From Amoeboradix gromovi X-113 (lineage: Eukaryota; Fungi; Sanchytriomycota), in assembly GCA_018985225.1 (NCBI GenBank), contig JADGIF010000506.1:1-7458 (forward strand): DNA of 7,458 nt, given 5' to 3'. Below the pieces are notes generated by a model, which was given only the letters and a program-made list of their open reading frames with translations, had not been told where the DNA came from and did no database searches. The position numbers were made by a program, and so were the translations under genes. This document shows, piece after piece, positions 1 to 6,986 of the stretch. Position 1 is the first letter of the stretch; every line of letters begins with the position of its first letter.

Positions 1-99
1 TTGATTTCACAATAAATAGAAATTTATTAAATTTGGAGTTAGGGACATTTTGTCAGATCAGGTCCCATTTGGTGTCCCATTTTGCTATTTGAAACACAA

Positions 100-2332
100 A
101 TGTCGGATTGGACGAGCTATGTTATCGATGATTCCAACCAAGGATTTCCTTTAGATAGCAACAAAGATACCTTGTCAAAGTTCATAGTCAAACGTGATCA
201 GGACATTGAAGATTACATAAGTCAGCATGATGAACAATTTTTAAAAATCAGCAACTCCACATCCCTTAACTTTTATAGCAACATCAACCAATATATTGCT
301 GAGCTTAGTTCTGTATTAACTAATAAACACGAAGAAGAGGAATCCATCAACGCTAAAAAGGTTAATTTAGAATTAATGCAAGATCATATTCACCAAATGG
401 ATAAAATTATTGATTTATTAGAACTATACGAAAAGGGCAATATTTATTTAAAGGAGAGTTTAGTATTTAAAGCCCTAGGCGTATATAAGCAAGTAAAACA
501 GTCTCCGTTGATCAAACGGTTTTCATTTCTAAAACAACTAATCAAACTAATAAACGACCAAGAGAAGATTATAATATCTAAAGCCAACTCTTTGGTTAAG
601 GAGTGGCTAGTTATCCTTAGACAATCTGCACCAAAAATAGGTGAAAAGGGTATTTTGGTTAATAAACAAATGCAGTTGGGGGTATCTAATTCATCTGCCT
701 CTCAGTCTGATTTAATGGATAGCCTTCCTAACAAACTAACGCAGCTATGGCAAAGCGTTCAAGACATGAATTTCTTAGATATTAGTGGTCTTGTTTATGT
801 TATTAAAGAGATCCACGACTCTGATATAATATCTGAATTCATTGATTTTAACCCCTTATTTAAAACTATTTATACTTACGACCTGTTGGATTCTAAGCCT
901 GAACTAATTCATCAGTTTGAAAGCGATAGAGCCAAACAAGCAGAATTATTAATTCCAAATACTTTAACATTAAAGAATTTAGAGAATACATTTAATGACA
1001 TAGCCGGATTTTACTTAATAGAAGAAGAAATACTAAGGCAAACATCACAATTTCGCACCAAATCTGGGGTCGAGTTACTCTGGAAAGAAACACAGTCAGT
1101 TTTGGATAAAAAGTTAAAAGTAATAATAAATCAAGCAGACACTCACCAGCTCATTGAAATTAAAAATAAATTGTCTATTTTTGTTAAAACAATCGAGCTT
1201 TATGGCTTTTATGGTGATTTGCAAAGCTTTGATCATTTATTCGAATTGTTTTGTGAAAGAATGAAAACAGCATGTAGCCAAGTGCTATTAACAGCAATTG
1301 AAGAAGACAATTATTCGCCGTATTTGGTGACAGATGGGATAGTTCTACAGGAGATTTCCCAAGTTATCCCTATAAACATTGAAGATTATCTAACATTTCC
1401 AGCAGAGATGCCGTTCAGTTCACAAGTTGTTGTATGCTCCAGGGAGACGCTTGATTTTGTAAAAACTTATTTGCTTTTCCTTGATGACACTAGATTCAAG
1501 AGGAACGATGTCGATGAAATACTGCAGAAGTTTATTGATAACCTCTTTATTTATTATATAAATTCCCCACTAAAAACTGAGGCACAAAAATCCAGTAATT
1601 TGACTCAGTTAACCGTAATTTGGAAGAATTTGATCTTTTATTCTTTCATTTGCAAGAATCTGCAGTTGTTGTTGGAAATGGGCAAGATATCTACCAAGAG
1701 CCATGGAATTCGATTGTCAAGTATAAACTCATTGGAAGAGACACGGCAAGTAATAGAAAATAAGCTGGAAAGGAAGGTTTATGAAAGAATCAGCCAATTT
1801 CTAGAGTTGAGCAATTATGAGCTCATGCCTCGTATTATCGAACCAACTAGTTCTTATATCAAAGACTTGACAAGATTTCTAGAAGATATATTAGGCAGTG
1901 TATTTGGCACAATGAAAGTACATTTGAAGCCTCTGTTCTTCCAAAAAATGTTAGATATCATCGTGGATTACTTACTGGTAGGAAATACTAATCTAGGCCA
2001 ACTGCTTAATGGATGAAAGCATCAAGAGGTTTAACATGAACTATATTCAGCAGCTGAAGAATGATTTGCTGTACCTGGAGAGTGCATTTGCCATTTACAG
2101 CGTAAATGTCAGTGATCCAAAATTATTGTTATTGCATGAGTTAATGGCTTTATTAGCTACAAACAATCCTGACCAATATTTGATCGAGAGCGTCAGAAGA
2201 GTAAAATACCCGCATGTTACTAAAATCCAAGCACACACGGTACTGGAAAGACTGATAAACGGGGACAAAACCCTTGCAGAAGATGTTAGAGGCAAGATTG
2301 AAAAGACGATGAAAATATTGAAGTTGAATTAA
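100..2332 (+). CDS. SEC15: Exocyst complex subunit Sec15/EXOC6, join(100..1977,1997..2332), 737 aa
   Basis: Sec15-like motifs recognised by eye: DFNPLFKTIY..DRAKQAELLIP, IAGFYLIEEEILRQT..FRTKSGVELLW, MPFSSQV, and C-terminal MDESIKRFNMNYI..DLLYLE. First ATG is at 100 (the track ORF starts at TTG 82). Removing 1978..1996 joins the 644-aa and 107-aa ORFs in frame (..DYLL|ANCLMDESIKRFN..), giving a typical Sec15 length. Confidence 0.9.
1978..1996 (+). other. 19-nt spliceosomal intron (phase 0) in SEC15
   Basis: GTAGGAAATACTAATCTAG: GT..AG ends and a TACTAAT branch-point-like motif. Excision restores the frame between the two Sec15 parts. Confidence 0.88.
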
Positions 2333-2336
2333 TCTC

Positions 2337-2342
2337 AATAAA
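2337..2342 (+). promoter_or_regulatory. Putative polyadenylation signal AATAAA of SEC15
   Basis: 4 nt after the stop codon; the pattern recurs at most gene ends in the window. Confidence 0.55.
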
Positions 2343-2388
2343 TCCAACTGCGAAGTAATTTTTAAGCAATCGAATTTTTGTGAATCCC

Positions 2389-3517
2389 ATGAAACTTGTA
2401 ACACTAGATGATTTTGATATTTTAAAAGCTGTTGGCAAAGGAGTTTATGGAGAAGTGAACAAGGCATTGCATCGGAAGAACGGTAAACTTGTTGCTTTGA
2501 AAATGCTAAAGGGTGACTTGAAAAACAACAAAGGACTGCAGGTGATTTATTACAGGGAATTTAGAATACTGCAACAACTAAATCACGAGAACATAGTTAA
2601 GTTAATAGATATATTTGCCGATTCAAGAGAAGATGATAAACAGAAACCATTTGATATATATTTTGCATTTGAATATTTAGATCACGATTTGACTGGGTTG
2701 CTACAATCAAACTTCAAGTTTACAGAGCCAATAATCAAATCTTTTGTAAAGCAGATGTTGCAAGGATTGAAGTATTTGCATGACTTTGGTATAATACATC
2801 GAGACATAAAATCGGCCAACATGCTGGTGTCAAGAAAAGGATTTGTAAAAATTGCAGATTTTGGATTGGCTAAACAAGCAAACAAACCGGAGTACAAACA
2901 AAAGAAGTTAACTGCTAATGTTGTTACTCGGTGGTACAAAAGCCCAGAATTGTTAATGGGATTAGAATACAATTTTGGTGTGGACATATTCGCACTTGGC
3001 ATAATATGCGCTGAGCTGTACAAGCGTAAACCTCTTTTACCAGGATTAAATGACCAGGATCAACTGCAAAAGATATTTGATTTTGTGGGAGATCCAAACT
3101 CAATAAAATGGAAGCCAGACACAGTTTTTACAATTGCAGCCGGAAAGATCCCAATAGGAATTGAAAGATTTAGGGAAGAATACAAGTATTTAATTTTCAT
3201 TTAGTATTGATAGACAATGTATCGATTTAATTAAAAAGTTGATATTTATAAATCCCTCCATGCGACTGACAGCAGATGAAGCCATAAATCATCACTGGTT
3301 TTTTTGCAGTCCGTTTGCAAGTGAACCAGGAAGAATTGAAATTAAGGGGGAACACCATGAAATATCACAGACTACAAAAAACAATTACGGACCACACAAA
3401 ATCGCTCGAAAAGTAGTGCAGCCAACTTCAATCCAAGATAGAAAGTACATGACCAACCAAAATAATGCTCGATCAATTTATCGGGGGAAGAGAGGAAGAG
3501 GTGGGAGACCTTATTAA
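2389..3517 (+). CDS. Cyclin-dependent kinase, transcriptional CDK9/CDK12 family (CTK1/BUR1-like), join(2389..3185,3205..3517), 369 aa
   Basis: GKGVYGEV G-loop, VALK, FEYLDHDLTGLL, HRDIKSANML, KIADFGLAK, VVTRWYKSPELL. After splicing, subdomain XI reads CIDLIKKLIFINPSMRLTADEAINHHWF, followed by a GEHHE motif like the CTK1/CDK12 C-terminal extension. CTK1 versus BUR1 is not resolved. Confidence 0.88.
3186..3204 (+). other. 19-nt spliceosomal intron (phase 2) in the CDK gene
   Basis: GTATTTAATTTTCATTTAG. Its terminal TAG is the stop of the track ORF. Excision gives ..EEYN IDRQCIDLIKKL.. in frame with the 3239..3517 ORF and completes the kinase C-lobe. Confidence 0.9.
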
Positions 3518-3520
3518 GCA

Positions 3521-3526
3521 AATAAA
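3521..3526 (+). promoter_or_regulatory. Putative polyadenylation signal AATAAA of the CDK gene
   Basis: 3 nt after the stop codon. Confidence 0.55.
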
Positions 3527-3577
3527 CAATTCGGTACAATTGTTTGAAAAATTAGTTTAAATAAAATATGAACTTAC

Positions 3578-3650
3578 GCCCGGTTAGCTCAGTTGGTAGA
3601 GCATCAGACTCTTAATCTGAGGGTCGCGGGTTCGAGCCCCGCATTGGGCT
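3578..3650 (+). tRNA. tRNA-Lys(CTT): tRNA-Lys, anticodon CTT (3611..3613), intronless, 73 nt, CCA not encoded
   Basis: Cloverleaf: acceptor GCCCGGT/ATTGGGC with two G-U pairs, D arm GCTC-AGTTGGTA-GAGC, anticodon arm TCAGA-CTCTTAA-TCTGA, T arm GCGGG-TTCGAGC-CCCGC, discriminator U73. Confidence 0.97.
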
Positions 3651-3663
3651 TTTAGATATGCAA

Positions 3664-3669
3664 TTTTTT
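3664..3669 (+). terminator. Probable RNA polymerase III terminator (T6) for the tRNA gene
   Basis: Run of six T 13 nt after the tRNA 3' end; a T4 run also lies at 3650..3653. Confidence 0.65.
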
Positions 3670-4279
3670 ATTGTTTTGACTTGTAGTAAGATTCAGGTTT
3701 CCCTGATCTTAAAATCGTTACCCCAGAACCAACACACATAACCTCAACAAAAAGTAGGGCAAAGCAAAACGCTTTCAGCAATGTGGAATATTTAGATTGT
3801 ATTTCTTCAAGCTTTGAGTAACAGCCCGGGTTAGAATTTCCAACAACACATTTACCGTCGCCACCTTCTTTATAAGACAAGTCCGTGTTGTTATGGAATC
3901 CGCAACAATTCAGCCTTAATTGGATATCGCTCTTGATTTCGGATGTACTACTTACCCATTTGTTTCTCAAATAGCTTTCAACCTTATCCTGTTCCTTAAT
4001 TGCTTGATATCCTAGTAGCGCTTGTCCAACGATTATAAATATTACAAAAACGACATAAATTTTCAAGTGAGTGTCATTTCCTGTTAACCCGCTTCTACCA
4101 AAAAATGTCACTAAGCATATTATTATGCCCAAGGCTAACAAAGCGTAAAGTAGATCTGCAGAAGCTAGCTGCATATCCATTTTACCTAATCCAAGTCCCA
4201 TCGTTGCTCCCACAGCAAAAGAAAGTCCCATCAATGTGAATAACGCGTTGGAAACTCGTAAAAACTTATACGGATTCAT
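3668..4279 (-). CDS. Tetraspanin family protein, 203 aa
   Basis: Three N-terminal hydrophobic helices, a large loop with the CCG signature (LNCCGF) and two further Cys (KCVV, PGCYSKL), a fourth transmembrane helix and a short basic tail. Confidence 0.88.
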   Translation of the reverse strand: MNPYKFLRVSNALFTLMGLSFAVGATMGLGLGKMDMQLASADLLYALLALGIIICLVTFFGRSGLTGNDTHLKIYVVFVIFIIVGQALLGYQAIKEQDKVESYLRNKWVSSTSEIKSDIQLRLNCCGFHNNTDLSYKEGGDGKCVVGNSNPGCYSKLEEIQSKYSTLLKAFCFALLFVEVMCVGSGVTILRSGKPESYYKSKQ

Positions 4280-4294
4280 ATAGAAAAGAGGCTT

Positions 4295-4738
4295 TTACTT
4301 ACGAATTTCAATAGTAGCGGAACTTTCCCATTGCTTTCTATATTTTTCGAAGTCAAAATCATCCTTATATGGATTTGGTAAAGCATAGAATCCTTTTAAA
4401 ATTCTGTTGGTCATTAAAATTTGAGTCTGAACCAACTGGTTAAAATGTTTTGGACATACCTCCAATAGTAGCTGAGCTTTGGAATTGATCACATTTTCTT
4501 TTTTTGGAAAAGACAATCCTACCATCAAAGCTTGCAATCTTACCTGCATGCTCAAGTTATTCTCGTTTGCTCTCTGAATGTTATATGCACCTTCCTCTGA
4601 AATTGCAGGATGAAAAGGAATTACAGTTATTTTCAAAGTATTATCAATAAGAGTGCATATTATTCGTAAGCCCTTATATATGCCACTCAGAGACAAAATA
4701 TGATAAACCCTGTTTTTGCATACAAGTTTTGAAATCAT
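4295..4738 (-). CDS. Hypothetical protein, 147 aa
   Basis: Open frame from ATG 4738 to TAA 4295 in AT-rich DNA. It fills the gap between the tetraspanin and peroxiredoxin almost exactly. No family recognised. Confidence 0.6.
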   Translation of the reverse strand: MISKLVCKNRVYHILSLSGIYKGLRIICTLIDNTLKITVIPFHPAISEEGAYNIQRANENNLSMQVRLQALMVGLSFPKKENVINSKAQLLLEVCPKHFNQLVQTQILMTNRILKGFYALPNPYKDDFDFEKYRKQWESSATIEIRK

Positions 4739-4770
4739 AAATGACCAGGTCAAGATTAAAAAGGCTAAAA

Positions 4771-4776
4771 TTTATT
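4771..4776 (-). promoter_or_regulatory. Putative polyadenylation signal AATAAA overlapping the peroxiredoxin stop
   Basis: Minus strand AAA TAA A: the hexamer contains the TAA stop. Confidence 0.5.
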
Positions 4777-5380
4777 TATCTTTCAAAGTGGAAAAGTATT
4801 TCAAGGAATCCTTAACATCAGCCTTCATGGTCTTGCTATTGTTAGAACTATTCCAATCAGCAGGGCAAACTTCACCGTGTTTGTCAGTATACTGAAAAGC
4901 TTCTACTAATCGCAGAGTTTCTTCTACTGATCTACCAACAGGTCTATCATTGAAGGTAGAATTTCTAACCTTTCCCTTGTCATCAATTATAAAAGTTGCT
5001 CTTAGTGGCATCATATCGTCCATTAAAACATTGTATTTTATCGCAATCTCTTTTGAAGGATCAGAGAGCAGCGGATACTTAAGATTACCTACACCGCCCA
5101 TCTTTCTAGACATTTGGGTCCAGTGGAAGTTGCTAAATTGGCTGTCGCAAGAGGCAAACAAGACTTCAGTGTTTAACTTTTTAAAACTTTCAAATTTGTC
5201 TGAAAATGCCAGTAGTTCGGTTGGGCATACAAAAGTAAAAGAATACGGAATCCAAACCTTGACGAGATACTTACCTTTGTAATCAGATAGACTGACTTTC
5301 TTAAATGCTCCGTTAAATACAGCTTGTCCTTCAAATAATGGAGCTGCTTTTGCAATCAAATGTGTGCGCTTGAACATCAT
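4772..5380 (-). CDS. Typical 2-Cys peroxiredoxin (AhpC/Prx1 subfamily), 202 aa from ATG 5380; alternative starts 5377, 5434, 5449
   Basis: VSLSDYKGKY, FTFVCPTE (peroxidatic Cys), GGVG, YPLLSD, RATFIID, PVGRSVEETLRLVEAFQYTDKHGEVCPADW (resolving Cys), C-terminal YF motif. Confidence 0.95.
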   Translation of the reverse strand: MMFKRTHLIAKAAPLFEGQAVFNGAFKKVSLSDYKGKYLVKVWIPYSFTFVCPTELLAFSDKFESFKKLNTEVLFASCDSQFSNFHWTQMSRKMGGVGNLKYPLLSDPSKEIAIKYNVLMDDMMPLRATFIIDDKGKVRNSTFNDRPVGRSVEETLRLVEAFQYTDKHGEVCPADWNSSNNSKTMKADVKDSLKYFSTLKDK

Positions 5381-5888
5381 GCAAAGGGGCGAGGACACTG
5401 ATCTTAGTATTTTGTTTGTATGCTTGGGCAACATTTGCAGATCCACCATGGCAGAGGCAGTACTTAAACATATTTGTAAAATTAACAACATAACTGCAAA
5501 AATTGACAGTGCAGGAACCTCAAATTATCATATTGATGACTCCCCGGATGAAAGAACCTTACAAGTGCTAGAAGATAGACACATTGAGTACCACCATAAA
5601 GGTAGACAACTTTGTAAAACCGATTTTAATTCTTTTCAGTATATTCTGGGGATGGATGACGAAAATGTTAAAAATATCAAAAAAATGCGACCAGGTAGCT
5701 TCACAGGAACGATAGAGTATTTTGGGAATTATGGTTCAAAAGACAATGGAAAAAATGTTATTATTCATGATCCATATTATGGGAGTACAAGAGATTTTGA
5801 AAATGTATTTCAACAATGCGTGGATTCTTCAGTCGGATTACTAGAAAAACTTGGCTACAAAAGCTTGAAATTAATAAATTTGTTTTAA
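5379..5888 (+). CDS. LTP1: Low-molecular-weight phosphotyrosine protein phosphatase (LMW-PTP, ACP1/Ltp1 family), 169 aa
   Basis: P-loop LFVCLGNICRS, IDSAGT, PDER, GRQL, ILGMD and general-acid loop DPYYG. ATG 5379 is the only in-frame Met before the P-loop. Confidence 0.95.
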   Translation: MQRGEDTDLSILFVCLGNICRSTMAEAVLKHICKINNITAKIDSAGTSNYHIDDSPDERTLQVLEDRHIEYHHKGRQLCKTDFNSFQYILGMDDENVKNIKKMRPGSFTGTIEYFGNYGSKDNGKNVIIHDPYYGSTRDFENVFQQCVDSSVGLLEKLGYKSLKLINLF

Positions 5889-5906
5889 CAATTTACTTTT
5901 ATTTAT

Positions 5907-6791
5907 TTACAGCTTACTATCAATCAGAGAATTGAACAACGCATTGAGTTGATCAACATCGTTAAACAAATCACTTTTACTGTCGGTCGGGATTTGCAAC
6001 ATTGGTCGGGATCGAAGAACAGCCTTACTTGGTAAAATCGTTGAGGGTTTCTTTCCAGATTTTATTTCTACAATCTCGTTTTCTTCAGCTGGTGTGATTT
6101 GCTGAGATGACGATTTTCTAATAACTTTCTGATTTTCAAGAATTGGACTATCTTCGAAGTAAAAAGAAACTGCTCTTTCGCTGATCTGCGAAGTAGAATC
6201 AATGGAAGTCCTAAAATTTCGATCTTCTAAAAGGTTTATAGCCGTAAACTTTGTAGAGTTTTTACGAATTTTAGGGGTTTCAAATTTCCTGTTTATGACA
6301 CTCACCATGCTATCTCTCCTTTCGATCACATTTGGAAGCCGCCTGTTGAAAGTAGGCATAGGAATCGTGCCAACAGGAGAAATCGGAGACCTTGGCGTGG
6401 CTTTGGCTGTATGGTTTGTTGATGCAGTTCTAGTCCTTACTCGTTTCGATGAAGGAATCTTTTGGATTTCTTTTGGATTTCTTAAGGCAGTTGCGTTTCG
6501 CTGTTCACTGTTCTGGTTTGGTTGTCGTTTGCTTGCGGAACTCAGATCCCTTGATCTGTACTTTCTCTTTTTACTCTGTGCTGCCTTAGTCCTTATCGCT
6601 AGCTTAGAGTTAGTCCTTTTTACAGTTGTTATCGCATTAACTGATGCGGGGGACAAACCCTCTTTTTTTTCTACCTCTTCCAGTGGTACAATAATCCTTT
6701 TCTTTTCTTTCGTATTTTTATCAGCTCCTAACTTTCTTGATTTGCTCAGCCCATTGAAGTTCTGCTTCAGAATTGCATCAAATATGTGCAT
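5907..6791 (-). CDS. Hypothetical basic, Ser/Lys/Arg-rich, probably disordered protein, 294 aa
   Basis: Long open frame with low-complexity polar composition, a basic cluster (KKRKYR), several S/T-P motifs, an amphipathic C-terminal helix and AATAAA at the stop. The 5' end is uncertain. Confidence 0.72.
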   Translation of the reverse strand: MHIFDAILKQNFNGLSKSRKLGADKNTKEKKRIIVPLEEVEKKEGLSPASVNAITTVKRTNSKLAIRTKAAQSKKRKYRSRDLSSASKRQPNQNSEQRNATALRNPKEIQKIPSSKRVRTRTASTNHTAKATPRSPISPVGTIPMPTFNRRLPNVIERRDSMVSVINRKFETPKIRKNSTKFTAINLLEDRNFRTSIDSTSQISERAVSFYFEDSPILENQKVIRKSSSQQITPAEENEIVEIKSGKKPSTILPSKAVLRSRPMLQIPTDSKSDLFNDVDQLNALFNSLIDSKL

Positions 6792-6986
6792 TCCGTGAAA
6801 TTTGCGTGACTAAGAACTTAAACTTTTTCTGATTGGTGTTCTAGTAATTTTCTGAATTTATTTTTTAATTGCAAAGTCAAAGTACGCATTGTCCAATTGA
6901 GTCATGCTATTAGTGTATGCTCTATTTCCAGCCCGAGAGGAAACAAAACTCTGAATCAAAGCGAATCTCTTGCACTTAAGGATAAC

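Noticed and set aside
2009-2332. Separate 107-aa gene overlapping the 644-aa ORF, or a frameshifted pseudogene
   Set aside because: It is exon 2 of SEC15; a 19-nt GT-AG intron joins the two in frame.
3239-3517. Separate 92-aa gene
   Set aside because: It encodes kinase subdomain XI and the tail, so it is exon 2 of the CDK.
4265-4302. GTAAGT donor at the orphan's 3' end that might splice it to the tetraspanin
   Set aside because: There is no AG at 19-20 nt, and the 38-nt option is out of frame with the tetraspanin.
5259-5277. Perfect AG|GTAAGTAT donor with a 17-nt GT..AG in the peroxiredoxin, reading ATACTTACCT (U1-like) on the + strand
   Set aside because: It encodes the conserved KGKY motif at normal spacing to the active site, so excision would frameshift the gene. 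No U1 stem-loops were evident.
2095-5355. Short alternative ORFs 2095..2295, 2153..2467, 2682..3023, 4950..5282 and 5173..5355
   Set aside because: All overlap well-conserved genes antisense or out of frame and show no motifs.
6202-6798. 198-aa hydrophobic plus-strand ORF resembling a membrane protein
   Set aside because: In-register antisense shadow of the Lys/Arg/Ser-rich minus-strand gene; A-rich codons read as Phe/Leu/Val on the other strand.
6913-6931. Plus-strand GT..AG of 17 or 19 nt after ATG 6904
   Set aside because: Either splice gives only an 18-34 aa peptide with no supporting motif.
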